Positions 37,432 through 50,390 of a DNA stretch of 64,000 nucleotides are shown here, piece by piece (the stretch's first letter is position 1; every line of letters begins with the position of its first letter). The notes below the pieces were generated by a model that was given only the letters and a program-made list of their open reading frames with translations, made no database searches and was not told the origin of the DNA. The translations under genes were made by a program, and so were the position numbers. Source of the stretch: Macrostomum hystrix (lineage: Eukaryota; Animalia; Platyhelminthes); assembly GCA_950097015.1 (NCBI GenBank), contig CATNEN010000011.1:4154001-4218000 (forward strand). The letters run 5' to 3'.

Positions 37432-38700
37432 TGAGATGAGTTGCCAGGTTAGAATGAGATGAGTTGCCAGGTTAGAATGAGATGAGGTGCCAGGTGAGAA
37501 TGAGATGAGGTGCCAGGTTAGAATGAGATGAGTTGCCAGGTTAGAATGAGATGAGGTGCCAGGTGAGAATGAGATGAGGTGCCAGGTTAGAATGAGATGA
37601 GTTGCCAGGTTAGAATGAGATGAGTTGCCAGGTGAGAATGAGATGAGGTGCCAGGTTAGAATGAGATGAGTTGCCAGGTTAGAATGAGATGAGGTGCCAG
37701 GTGAGAATGAGATGAGGTGCCAGGTTAGAATGAGATGAGGTGCCAGGTTAGAATGAGATGAGGTGCCAGGTTAGAATGAGATGAGGTGCCAGGTGAGAAT
37801 GAGATGAGGTGCCAGGTGAGAATGAGATGAGGTGCCAGGTTAGAATGAGATGAGGTGCCAGGTTAGAATGAGATGAGGTGCCAGGTTAGAATGAGATGAG
37901 GTGCCAGGTTAGAATGAGATGAGGTGCCAGGTTAGAATGAGATGAGGTGCCAGGTTAGAATGAGATGAGGTGCCAGGTGAGAATGAGATGAGGTGCCAGG
38001 TGAGAATGAGATGAGGTGCCAGGTGAGAATGAGATGAGGTGCCAGGTTAGAATGAGATGAGTTGCCAGGTTAGAATGAGATGAGTTGCCAGGTGAGAATG
38101 AGATGAGTTGCCAGGTTAGAATGAGATGAGGTGCCAGGTTAGAATGAGATGAGTTGCCAGGTTAGAATGAGATGAGGTGCCAGGTTAGAATGAGATGAGT
38201 TGCCAGGTTAGAATGAGATGAGTTGCCAGGTTAGAATGAGATGAGGTGCCAGGTTAGAATGAGATGAGGTGCCAGGTTAGAATGAGATGAGGTGCCAGGT
38301 GAGAATGCGATGAGGTGCCAGGTTAGAATGAGATGAAGTGCCAGGTTAGAATGAGATGAGGTGCCAGGTTAGAATGAGATGAGGTGCCAGGTGAGAATGA
38401 GATGAGGTGCGAGGTTAGAATGAGATGAGGTGCCAGGTGAGAATGAGATGAGGTGCGAGGTTAGAATGAGATGAGTTGCCAGGTTAGAATGAGATGAGGT
38501 GCCAGGTTAGAATGAGATGAGGTGCCAGGTTAGAATGAGATGAGTTGCCAGGTTAGAATGAGATGAGTTGCCAGGTTAGAATGAGATGAGTTGCCAGGTT
38601 AGAATGAGATGAGGTGCCAGGTTAGAATGAGATGAGGTGCCAGGTGAGAATCAGATGAAATTGAGATGAGAATGAGCTGAGAATGAGATGAGGTGCCAGG
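37432..38700. repeat. 23-bp minisatellite (ATGAGATGAGGTGCCAGGTTAGA) x ~54
   Basis: Directly visible. Confidence 0.97.
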
Positions 38701-39469
38701 TGAGAATGATCAGTTTCGCGCACAAGTTTTGTTCATATTAGCAAACTGAACTGTATCCTGGTGTTTGTCCACACGCAAAGAATAATTGTTCAGTTCTAAA
38801 CGATAACGGTGAACGGTGCTAAGGGTAAGAAGCATTAAGTTTGCGGGCTGTGTGGAGGCTGGTGCAGGTCAGGGACCCTCGCTGCGTGCAAGCATTCCTT
38901 CATCTTCCGTTATTCAGCTTCTTATTCTATCCAGCATCATTCGGCTCACGCGGCCTACTTTTCTATTATGGACTCAAAAAACGGAAGCTTGGCTGTGCCT
39001 GCTGGCTGAGCTGCATGCTCTTGTAGGCAGCCCGCAAGGACGGCACAGGAAGGCAGTAATGGCTGTGCATAATAGCTGCCCGAACTGCCTACCCTGACGC
39101 AAAAGAGATTGCAGCTTCCGGACCCGATGGGAGAAGGGATCAGAAGGGGGATGGGACAAAGGGCAGAAAGAAAATAGAGTAGGGGTCAGCTGCTGCTGCT
39201 GCTGCTGCGGCTGCTGCTGGTGGTTTTTGGCCGAGAGTTGAATCGACTTCATACTCAATTCTTGGCTTTGCTTTCTGTGCAGAAATTCTAAAGAAAGCCT
39301 TAAATTGCTGCCCTGTGTTGAAGTAGAGAGACAGGAGAGGATGATGCGATTGGGATTTGGTGATAGTTTAACTTTGCCTACCCAGATGCTTATGTTTGCG
39401 ACAGCTTAAGAGCTCACAGAAATGCTAAACAAGTGCCAATTTGAATGTGGTGCGCTAAATTCCTCTTCC

Positions 39470-40330
39470 TCCTTTCATCCTTCCTTCATTTATCATTTTC
39501 AGCTCTAAATACTCCTTTCATCCTACCTTCTACCTCCCATCATCTACCCTTCATCCTCCCTTCATCTAACCTTCATTCTTCCTTATTTACCCTTCATCCG
39601 CTTTAAATGCTCTATTCATCCTACCTTTATCCTCCCTTCATCCTCCCTTCATCCTCCCTTCGTCCTCCCTTCATCCACTCTTCATCCTCCCTTTCTCTAC
39701 CCGTCATCCTCTTTCATCCACCCTTCATCCTCCCTTCATCCTCCCTTCATCTAACCTTCATTCTTCCTTATTTAACCTTCATCCGCTTTAAATGCTCTGT
39801 TCATCCTACCTTTATCCTCCCTTCATCCTCCCTTCGTCCTCCCTTCATCCACTCTTTATCCTCCCTTTCTCTACCCGTCATCCTCTTTCATCCACCCTTC
39901 ATCCTCCCTTCATCCTCCCTTTCATCCTTCCTTAATCCTCCCTTCATCCTCCCTTCATCCTCCCTTCATCCACTCTTCATCGGCCCTTCCTCTCCTCGTC
40001 ATCCTCCCTTTCATCCTCCTTTATCCTCTTTCATCTTCCCTTCATCCTCCCTTTATTTATCCGTCATCTACCCTTCATCCTCCCTTCATCCTCCCTTCAT
40101 CCTTCCTTCATCCTCCCTTCATCCTCCCTTCATCCTTCCTTCATCCTCCCTTCATCCTCCCTTCATCCTCCCTTCATCCTCCCTTCATCCTCCCTTCATC
40201 CTCCCTTCATCCTCCCTTCATCCTCCCTTCATCCTCCCTTCATCCTCCCTTCATCCTCCCTTCATCCTCCCTTCATCCTCCCTTCATCCTCCCTTCATCC
40301 TCCCTTTCATCCTCCCTTCATCCTCCCTTC
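39470..40330. repeat. 11-bp pyrimidine-rich repeat (CTTCATCCTCC), degenerate 5' part with an internal ~200-bp duplication
   Basis: Directly visible. Confidence 0.9.
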
Positions 40331-41164
40331 ATTTACGCTAAATACCGATTGTATTTCACCTTTCATGAGCCTGTGAGCCATGCAGATCTCCAACACAATT
40401 CCATGCGCTAATGATACTTCTCTAAACTAAATCAGTACCAATGGAGGTGTACTCAACTGTCTTCGATTTTCTATGCTTGAATGCAGAGACATCAGTCGCT
40501 TGGTCAGTCATAAATTGAGTACAATGGCAGTGATTTATTCTGTTGTATTTGATATTTGAGCACTGGTTTACATGCTTGTGTGTTGCTATTGTTTGCTTGT
40601 TGGAGTATATATGCTCAAATTTGTATATCATTCGCAGTATATACACACTAAAGTTTGTACAGTTTTCAGTTTCCGAGTAATTAGCAGGTGTTATTGGATG
40701 ATATTGTTGATAGAAAATTTATTCTATAAACCAATAGCCAGTCTGGTATTTCATTGCGGTGTGATACACCACAATGGGCATGTGGCCGGACAGACAGATG
40801 AAGACACACCATCTATTTGCCGATGTTGTGCAGGACAGATATTAAATCAGTTCTGTTTTTTTTCATGTCAGTTGACACTGCGGGACTGTTATGGAACTGT
40901 AAAAAAACTGAATTCGTCTCATAGAATTGGTTACCATAGATGAGGTTGGTTGCTCTGCTTGGTATTGGTGTTTGCTCATTGTGAAAAGGAAGATAACAAA
41001 ACACCAGGAAGATGTGTAGCCATTTCTTATTCATTTGGTCGGTCTCGCTTTGTTTAAAATATCAAATTGTGTTCAACTTGCATATGAATACAAGAAAAAT
41101 GAGATATAGGAGACAATATGGGGGAGGAGAGAAGAGACATGGATCGGGGAGAGGGGAGGGGGTA

Positions 41165-42120
41165 GATTTAAGAGAGGATATGAGAGAGAAGATGGATGAG
41201 AGGAGAAGGGGAAAGACAAGATGGATGAGAGTAGAGGAGAGAGAGAAGATGGATGAGAGGAGAGAGGAAAGACAAGATGGATGAGAGGAGAGGAGAGAGA
41301 GAAGATGGGTGGAAGGAGAGGAGAGAGGAGAGAGACAAGATGGATGAGAGGAGAGGAGAGAGAGAAGATGGGTGGAAGGAGAGGAGAGAGGAGAGAGACA
41401 AGATGGATGAGAGGAGAGGAGAGAGAGAAGATGGGTGGAAGGAGAGGAGAGAGGAGAGAGACAATATGGATGAGAGGAGAGGGTAGAGAGAAGATGGATG
41501 AGAGGAGAGGAGAGAGAGAAGATGGGTGGAAGGAGAGGGGAGAGAGAAGATGGATGAGAGGAGAGGGGAGAGAGAAGATGGATGAGAGGAGAGGAGAGAG
41601 AGAAGATGGATGAGAGGAGAGGAGAAAGAGAAGATGGATGAAAGGAGAGGGGAGAGAGAAGATGGGTGGAAGGAGAAGAGAGAGAGAAGATGGATGAGAG
41701 GAGAGGGGAGAGAGAAGATGGGTGGAAGGAGAAGAGAGAGAGAAGATGGATGAGAGGAGAGGGGAGAGAGAAGATGGGTGGAAGGAGAGGGGAGAGAGAA
41801 GATGGATGAGAGGAGAGGAGAAAGAGAAGATGGATGAGAGGAGAGGGGAGAGAGAAGATGGGTGGAAGGAGAGGGGAGAGAGAAGATGGATGAGAGGAGA
41901 GGAGAGAGAGAAGATGGATGAGAGGAGAGGGGAGAGAGAAGATGGGTGGAAGGAGAGGAGAAAGAGAAGATGGATGAGAGGAGAGGGGAGAGAGAAGATG
42001 GGTGGAAGGAGAGGAGAGAGAGAAGATGGATGAGAGGAGAGGAGAGAGACAAGATGGATGAGAGGAGAGGAGAGAAGATGGATGGAAGGAGAGGAGAGAG
42101 AGGAGATGGATGGAAGGGGA
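41165..42120. repeat. Purine-rich compound repeat (GAGAGAAGATGGATGAGAGGAGAG-like)
   Basis: Directly visible. Confidence 0.9.
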
Positions 42121-42894
42121 AGGGAGCGACAGATAAAAACTTTTAATTCCTCATTGTCTAATGTTGCAACCTTATTGATTAATATTTGATTTCATACCAT
42201 ATCAATCTGAATGCCGCTTCTCTGACAAGGCTTTACAATTCTTGAAGCTGAAAGATGAAACACTTAAGTAAGCGAGCTTTTTTGTACAATAACGAAAGAA
42301 ATAAAAAACTGTGAGTAGAAATTAGCTTGGGGGCAAAGTATTTTAGTTGATCTATGAGCATTGCTGTGTCCATTGTGTGAAGTGCTGAAAAAGCCAAAAG
42401 GCTTACAGTCCTTCTGCAGAGAAAAAAATAAAAAACTGTTGCTGTTACAAAAGCGTAAAGTTTGTCTTTTGCAAGACGTAACAAAGACCCGGACAAATTC
42501 CTACCTACTTCATGGGTGTAACTGTAAAAAATAAATTTTCGAAAAGCTTTTTTTAGAAAAAAACGAGCATTGTATTTTGCCTCTAGCGTTTTCTGGATTT
42601 AATCAGCAGTGTTTGAGTTGCGCAAATATTTAGGTGTACTCAAATCAAGATGAATTTTTTTTTCCTTAGACGTATAATTCACAATAACTTGTCAATTGAT
42701 TTCTATCGATTGGAAGTTATCAGAGTTGCATGCAGATTTCAAAAGATAAGACTAAATTGCACCAGAAAAGTGATGCTTACTCGATGACGTCATTGACTCG
42801 GGTGATGGACTCTGGCACACGCACAGTTGAAAACTGAAGATTCAATATGAATAATGGCATGTACAAAACACAATGAGACAAAGTAAAGTAGGGT

Positions 42895-43790
42895 GAGATG
42901 TAGGGTGCGAGGAACAGAGGTAGGGTGTGAGGAAGAGAGGTAGGGTGTGAGGAAGAGAGGTAGGGTGCGAGGAAGAGAGGTAGGGTGCGAGGAAGAGAGG
43001 TAGGGTGCGAGGAAGAGAGGTAGGGTGCGAGGAAGAGAGGTAGGGTGCGAGGAAGAGAGGTAGGGTGTGAGGAAGAGAGGTAGGTTACGATGAAGAGAGG
43101 TAGGGTGTGAGGAAGAGAGGTAGGGTGCGAGGAAGAGAGGTAGGGTGCGAGGAAGAGAGGTAGGGTGCGAGGAAGAGAGGTAGGGTGCGAGGAAGAGAGG
43201 TAGGGTGCGAGGAAGAGAGGTAGGGTGCGAGGAAGAGAGGTAGGGTGTGAGGAAGAGAGGTAGGGTGCGAGGAAGAGAGGTAGGGTGTGAGGAAGAGAGG
43301 TAGGGTGCGAGGAAGAGAGGTAGGGTGCGAGGAAGAGAGGTAGGGTGTGAGGAAGAGAGGTAGGGTGTGAGGAAGAGAGGTAGGGTGCGAGGAAGAGAGG
43401 TAGGGTGCGAGGAAGAGAGGTAGGGTGCGAGGAAGAGAGCTAGGGTGCGAGGAAGAGAGGTAGGGTGCGAGGAACAGAGGTAGGGTGCGAGGAAGAGAGG
43501 TAGGGTGTGAGGAAGAGAGGTAGGGTGCGAGGAAGAGAGGTAGGGTGCGAGGAAGAGAGGTAGGGTGTGAGGAACAGAGGTAGGGTGCGAGGAAGAGAGG
43601 TAGGGTGCGAGGAAGAGAGGTAGGTTGCGAGGAAGAGAGGTAGGGTGCGAGGAAGAGAGGTAGGGTGTGAGGAAGAGAGGTAGGGTGCGAGGAAGAGAGG
43701 TAGGGTGCGAGGAAGAGAGGTAGGGTGTGAGGAAGAGAGGTAGGTTACGATGAAGAGAGGTTGGGTGTGAGGAAGAGAGGTTGGGTGCGA
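42895..43790. repeat. 20-bp minisatellite (GGTAGGGTGCGAGGAAGAGA) x ~44
   Basis: Directly visible. Confidence 0.97.
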
Positions 43791-43973
43791 TTAGTAAGAA
43801 CAAAATAAGAGGCTGAGGGATGTTGAGTGATAAGAAGAGAGGCATATAAAGTGAGACTAGATGCAAGGAGAAAATAGAATAAAAAGTACTTCCGAAAGAT
43901 TGAGCTGTTCCAGCTGTTCAGTCTGTAGACTTAAGAAGCCGCCACACCACTGAAAGTTTCTGTCTGCTTGGAC

Positions 43974-44030
43974 TGAGATTCGAACGCCCGACCTCTTGAT
44001 CAGTAACCCTGAGCTCTAAGCACTGGGCTA
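43974..44030 (-). mobile_element. tRNA-derived SINE head fragment
   Basis: Reverse strand TATAGCCCAGTGCTTAGAGCTCAGGG...GAGGTCGGGCGTTCGAATCTC. Confidence 0.5.
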
Positions 44031-44084
44031 TAATAATATTATTATTAATCGTAATACTAGTAATAATAATAATATTAATAATAA

Positions 44085-44420
44085 TTCCAGGAGGGCTGCG
44101 GGCAATGGCACATCATTTGATGACACTACGGCCTAGATCCGCAGCCAGCGAGGAGTCAGTTCTGCCATTTCGCTGACTCCTGAGCACAAAAGCACACAGA
44201 TACTGTACGCAGGCACACGCTCACACAGGTGTGTACATCTGCCCTGACTTTCTCGTCGTCAGGCATTGTACATTTCACTGCGCTTTTGAGGTTGGCCCTC
44301 AAGGGCGTAAATTGCACGACAAGCCCCCAAGCCTTCTCTCCGCGGCTGCGGCCCAAATGAATGTGGCCTCGCCGTAGACCTTGTTGCGAGAGGCACTCGA
44401 CCGCTCTGCCACCGACCCCT
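44085..44420 (-). mobile_element. SINE family A, near full-length copy
   Basis: Reverse complement aligns with 1283-1657 throughout, with a short deletion in the head; (ATT)n-like tail at ~44035-44085. Confidence 0.85.
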
Positions 44421-45102
44421 GCACAAAGCTAGCTCGTATACAATATCCTTAAAAAAGATCCCAAATAAGTATTGCTCATAATCATTTCTTTCCAATAGTT
44501 TGAGGGCTGACATGAAAACTATTTATATGAAACGCTTTCATTTTTATTTTCCGAAAGAAATGAAACACTGAGCTTTAAGAAAACATGAGCACAGTGTGGA
44601 GTGGCCTATAACCCTCAGATTTCGCATCACGCAGGGGCAGAAGCTAAAATGCTTCACCCTGCAAGAATGTTTTACAATGCGCTTGCACGCATCTGCATGA
44701 TGAAAATAAATTTCTATAAAGCATTCGGTTGAGCATTGATTTCTTTGAGCTGGTCGAGTGGGGAGATGAGGAACCCGAATCACAAGGTGGGTCTCATTCC
44801 CTCATTCCGGTGTGGCCGTGTCTGGGGGGGGGCGGGCATTGACGCGCGCGACCAATGTGAGTCCAGTCCGGGGTTGCTCAGTTCCTTCCTCCGGATTGGC
44901 CCAGAACTTCCGTGACGACCGAGAGGGGTTGGATAAAGAAAGGAAGTACCAGGAACTCACTGCTCGGCTGAAGGAAAAATCCAGTGAGAGAGGCTGAAAG
45001 AGGAAATATTTTCCGCTTCAATCCATCATCCCGAACTCGCTCGGCTAAAAGCAGAAACCAGCTTGACTATTCTTTACTTAGAAACACTTTAATCCCATTG
45101 AA

Positions 45103-48100
45103 ATGCAGGGCTTAAAGCAGGAGGATTATTACCGGGCCTGCTCACTGGCCGCTGCTGCAGCTCCGCTTGCAGTTGGCAGCGCTGCCATGTTCCACAGCCA
45201 GGTTGGAGGTGAGTGATCTCACTGTGTGCTCATGGCCTTTACCTGCCAATCATTTAGCTGCGTTCCTTAGAGTCTTAGGCCTATGTCTGTCAACGCGATA
45301 TTTAAATTAGTTGCTCTTACTTTCAAATGTTCTACCTACGTCGACTACCTGTCTACCTACTACTTAACTGTCTACTTCTGTAGTCTCTTTGCCTCTTGTC
45401 TACCTTCTCACCTCCTACCTATTATCCGCAAAATCAATATTGCAGATTCTGCTTACACCAAAGCGTGCTGGCAGCGACAAAATGCTAGCGGAAGTCCAGG
45501 TGAGCGAACTGAGTGTCTTGCCATGAGCTTTGACCGGAACTGTGAGTAGTTAGGTAGTTACTCAGGTAGTTAGCCAACTGAATACTCAGGTAGTTAGCCA
45601 ACTGAATACTCAGGTAGTTAGTCAACTGAATAATCAGGTAGTTAGCCAACTGAATACTCAGGTAGTTAGCCAACTGAATACTCAGGTAGTTAGTCAACTG
45701 AATACTCTGGTAGTTAGCCAACTGAATACTCAGGTAGTTAGTCAACTGAATAATCAGGTAGTTAGTCAACTGAATACTCAGGTAGTTAGTCAACTGAATA
45801 CTCAGGTAGTTAGCCAACTGAATACTCAGGTAGTTAGTCAACTGAATACTCAGGTAGTTAGCCAACTGAATACTCAGGTAGTTAGTCAACTGAATACTCA
45901 GGTAGTTAGTCAACTGAATACTCAGGTAGTTAGCCAACTGAATACTCAGGTAGTTAGCCAACTGAATACTCAGGTAGTTAGTCAACTGAATAATCAGGTA
46001 GTTAGCCAACTGAATACTCAGGTAGTTAGTCAACTGAATACTCAGGTAGTTAGCCAACTGAATACTCAGGTAGTTAGTCAACTGAATAATCAGGTAGTTA
46101 GCCAACTGAATACTCAGGTAGTTAGTCAACTGAATAATCAGGTAGTTAGCCAACTGAATACTCAGGTAGTTAGCCAACTGAATACTCAGGTAGTTAGCCA
46201 ACTGAATACTCAGGTAGTTAGCCAACTGAATACTCAGGTAGTTAGTCAACTGAATACTCAGGTAGTTAGTCAACTGAATACTCAGGTAGTTAGCCAACTG
46301 AATACTCAGGTAGTTAGCCAACTGAATACTCAGGTAGTTAGCCAACTGAATACTCAGGTAGTTAGTCAACTAAATAATCAGGTAGTTAGTCAACTGAATA
46401 CTCAGGTAGTTAGCCAACTGAATACTCAGGTAGTTAGTCAACTGAATACTCAGGTAGTTAGTCAACTGAATACTCAGGTAGTTAGCCAACTGAATACTCA
46501 GGTAGTTAGCCAACTGAATACTCAGGTAGTTAGCCAACTGAATACTCAGGTAGTTAGCCAACTGAATAATCAGGTAGTTAGCCAACTGAATACTCAGGTA
46601 GTTAGTCAACTGAATACTCAGGTAGTTAGCCAACTGAATACTCAGGTAGTTAGCCAACTGAATACTCAGGTAGTTAGCCAACTGAATACTCAGGTAGTTA
46701 GCCAACTGAATACTCAGGTAGTTAGTCAACTGAATACTCAGGTAGTTAGCCAACTGAATACTCAGGTATAGCCAAGCAAGGTAATTAGCCTTCAGGTATA
46801 TTCGGTATAAAGTACATGCATAAAGTCTGCAGCAGAAAAAGTTTTTTAATCGAAAAAAGCATTTAAGAAATGAGTCTAGCTAAACCCAAATAAGTCCCTT
46901 AAATTGTCATTTTACTTCGGAAAAGTTGATTTGCTATAATCAGTTGCGCTTCAATCAGCCGTAACCTGATACCCAACGGTCAACTATAAGGGGCCTCTAC
47001 TGTGGACACATATGTGAGAACACAATTTCCTGCAGATGAAAAGCTCGGAGCCTACAGCATCATTTCCGCCCCAACGCCTTGAGCTATAGATAATATGCGA
47101 ATATTACTGATATACATAATGCCTTGACAAAATCATGATATCAGTTGCCGCTATTGAGGCAGCATAGGACAGGATACGGAAAGTGACAGGCCGTGATATC
47201 ACAGCTGGTATAACTGGCTGAAACTTGTCACATTGTGTCCCGAAGGCAGCCACCCTAATAAACCCTAATAAAATTGAAAATCTTAATTGGTATACCGGAG
47301 TTGAGCACTGCTGAGCAGGTTGACAAGGGACAAGTGAAACGAGCAGAACTTTGTCAGGCTCATAATTAACTGTTATTCAACTGGTTTCCAATTTCGCTTT
47401 GCTCAGCCTACGTAAATGGCCAACAAATCCTTGGTCACTATGCGGATGATGCTGGACTGAACAAAGACATGCAGACTAATGAGCAGCAGCAGCAGCAGCC
47501 GCCGCAGCCGCCGCCACCGCAGTCGCAGCAGCAGCTGCAGCATCATCATCAGCAGCAGCAGTATCAGTCGCTGTCAAGTCATCTCAAGCATGAGCAACAG
47601 CAGCAGCAGCATTCGCAACATCACCATCAACATCAAATTCAGGAGCAGCAGCAGCAGCAGCATCTTCTGCCAACGTTTCAACAGTCACACTGGAGACCGC
47701 AAGGTAATTATGCTATTTTATAATTAATGCCAACAATTACTCAATACCTTTCTGAAAAATCCAGTTAAAAAGCATAATTAAAACTCTATCGTTTACCTAC
47801 ATAAACCCCATTCAACTAATTTATCTCTATCTCTTTCCATCCTCGCTGATTTTTGTGTTTTTTGTTAAATTGATTGATAAGCAAAACGTAACTGGGACAA
47901 GAAATTTATTATTCTTTACTTTATAAAAGCCGATAGATATAGTGAGCTCTGTGCTCAAAATCGAGGCTGCATGACCCATTGTGCCCCCCAAGCCGCGCCA
48001 TTGACAGTTGAGTCACGTGTCGGGGCCTGGCACGCGGAGGAAGTGAGACTTCTGCATTCCGTAGTCTTTGTTCCAAAGTGAAAAAACGTGGCAGCCGCCA

Positions 48101-50078
48101 TTGTTGAAACCGCAGTTTCAGAAAATTGTTGTGTTTTGCTTAGCCGCCTATCCACAAGACTGATTTGACATCCCCGAATCTCATCATTCTTCCCCACGGA
48201 TACAAAGTGTAGAAACAGTTGACATAAATTTGTTTGAAACTATCATATCGGTAAATCAAAGCCGGAAGTTTCTGTTCGACGCCGAATAACGGTCCGCTGC
48301 CTGACAACTACAGAGCTTGACGATGAGAAAGGTGGAACGATGTACAAACGAGTACAAACCCTAATAGGGCTAGATGTGCAGCCAACAGCACAGCCAGTAT
48401 CAGAAGGCTGCGTACGGCTGTTCAGTCCATGGACTGGGGGGACGGCACAAGCACCTCAATGACCCCAGCTAATGCTGGTATCCATTTAACAGCTGGTTGA
48501 AATGAAGCCATGTAGTTTTAAGTGTCTTGCTGAAGGACACAAATTATTCCCGTGGAGTTGGGAATCGAACCCCCGACCTTCAAGTCGTGATTTCGACGTG
48601 ATAACCACTAGTCTATACAACCCCTTGTTAGTAAATACGCATTACTCATAGCTATGAATATAAGTTTTAAATGCATAACATGTGTTACAAGTAGGTATAC
48701 TTACCAAACCAACGCTTTGAGAGGCTTAAAAACGAAAATTGATTTTAACTTAAATATTGCAGGTAAAATGAGATTTTAATTGGCATTTCAATCCAAAAAA
48801 ATCGAGAACAAAATATAATTGAGCAGTTCAAATTCGAGTCTGAGCAGTACCAGCAGATGAGCAATCGGAAAATCACCGCGGGTGGCCCACGCAGGGCAGG
48901 TCTCTGTGTCACACAAGGCTGTGAAACTTTAGCACCAGATGAGCACTAGATGAGAGACTGGAGACAAAGCTTCCACGCGGTCTTGGAGGACACCTGACAC
49001 AGCAGGCGATTGTGCTATGGGGAAATTGTGGGCGGATGAGGGACCCCGCAACCCGACAGGAAACTTATCCCCACTTCCCCATCCCCCAGGTGAGCGTGTT
49101 GCGAGGCGCATTCCCCGCTGTTTTTTGCCGCGCGTATAAAATATTGAAGCTTGAGAACGCTGCTCAGTTAGATAATGTTTGGCTGCTGTTCATTTCTAAG
49201 GTATGGGAAAAAGTTGTGCAATGATGGCCCCACACGAGTCGCGCGTCGAAAATTTGGATGAGGGTTCGGTGAGTTTGGAGCAGAATGGAACAATTATGAG
49301 CACAAATTAGCTCTGCTTAGAGTGTTGATGCCCGCATCAACTCGCATTTTGCTAAGTTAAAAACTAGTTCATCCCAGCAGGCAGGAGACAATAACATGTG
49401 ACAATGGACACTTGTTCGGCTTTGATTTTGTGTGATTCTATTGCAATCATTCTGAAATCCGTCGGTGTTCCCAAACTCGCAGGCTCCGGTCAGATCCAGC
49501 TCTGGCAGTTCCTCCTCGAGCTGTTGTCGGACAGCCGAAACTCCGCCTGCATCGCCTGGGAGGGCACCAACGGCGAATTCAAGCTCGCCGATCCGGACGA
49601 GGTGGCGCGACGCTGGGGCGAGCGGAAGTCCAAGCCGAACATGAACTACGACAAGCTCAGCCGGGCGCTGCGATACTACTACGACAAGAACATCATGTCG
49701 AAGGTGCACGGCAAGCGCTACGCCTACAAATTCGATTTTGCCGGCCTAGCGCAGGCGATGCAGCCGCCGCAGGCAGCCGACCCGACAGCTGCCGCCGCGG
49801 CCTACAAATACCAGCAGCAGTATCAGCAGGAGCTCCTTGGCTCCGCCGGCTACTTCGCCGCGGCGGCTGCCACAGGCGGCAAGCTGAACAACATATGCAG
49901 CATGATGGGCGCAGCCGGTCACGGAGCTGCCAGCGGCTTCTTCCCGGCTGCGGCCTCCGTCGGCGGCTACTCCTGGCCGGGCAGTCAGCAGACTGGGGCG
50001 GCGGCGGCTGCGGCGGCCGCGGCCTCGCTCTACCATCCGAATATCTCCGCCTACAACACCGCGCACTATTATGCCTAA
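45103..50078 (+). CDS. FEV: ETS transcription factor, ERG subfamily, FEV/Pet-1-like
   Basis: ETS domain [17 protein letters not shown]...[76 protein letters not shown] and an Ala-rich tail are FEV-like. Proposed exons, all phase 1: 45103-45208, 45446-45499, 47407-47703, 49003-49089, 49483-50078; the upstream exons are less certain than the ETS exon. Confidence 0.85.
45548..46767. repeat. 24-bp minisatellite (GTAGTTAGCCAACTGAATACTCAG) x ~51, in an ETS gene intron
   Basis: Directly visible. Confidence 0.97.
48358..48627 (-). mobile_element. SINE family B, full-length copy
   Basis: Reverse strand: tRNA head (TAGTGGTTA...GGTTCGATTCC), GTGTCCTTCAGCAAGACACTTA, CCAGCTGTTAAATGGATACC (CORE/V-SINE-like central motifs), CCCAGTCCATGGACTGAA. 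Confidence 0.85.
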
Positions 50079-50231
50079 GGTCTTGGCCTTGGCCTGAGTG
50101 CGAAACTAGCAATGCCTCTGTCTGATTCACTGTTTGTAGCTAACTGCTCATCCGATTCTCAATTCCTGATTGTCACCGATTGTTCTCGACCTTTCTCCCC
50201 TTCTAACGAACTCATCTTTGTCTCCCTGCTA

Positions 50232-50390
50232 CACCCTCTACCCTCTCCTCTTACCCTCTACTCCATCCTCTCACCTTCTGCCCTCTACTCTTACCCTCTG
50301 CCCTCTACTCTTACCCTCTGCCCTCTCCTCTTACCCTCTGCCCTCTCCTCTTACCCTCTGCCCTCTCCTCTTACCCTCTGCCCTCTCCTC
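50232..50390. repeat. 20-bp repeat (CCCTCTCCTCTTACCCTCTG) x ~7
   Basis: Same family as 53208-53902. Confidence 0.85.

Noticed and set aside
38963-39258. Minus-strand Q-rich short ORFs between arrays
   Set aside because: No consistent splice structure or homology recognised; too weak to call.
35538-46767. Minisatellites as CRISPR arrays, and their repeat ORFs (39607, 41168, 42790, 45485, 46370)
   Set aside because: Head-to-tail units with no unique spacers, no cas genes and a eukaryotic context; the ORFs are low-complexity artefacts.
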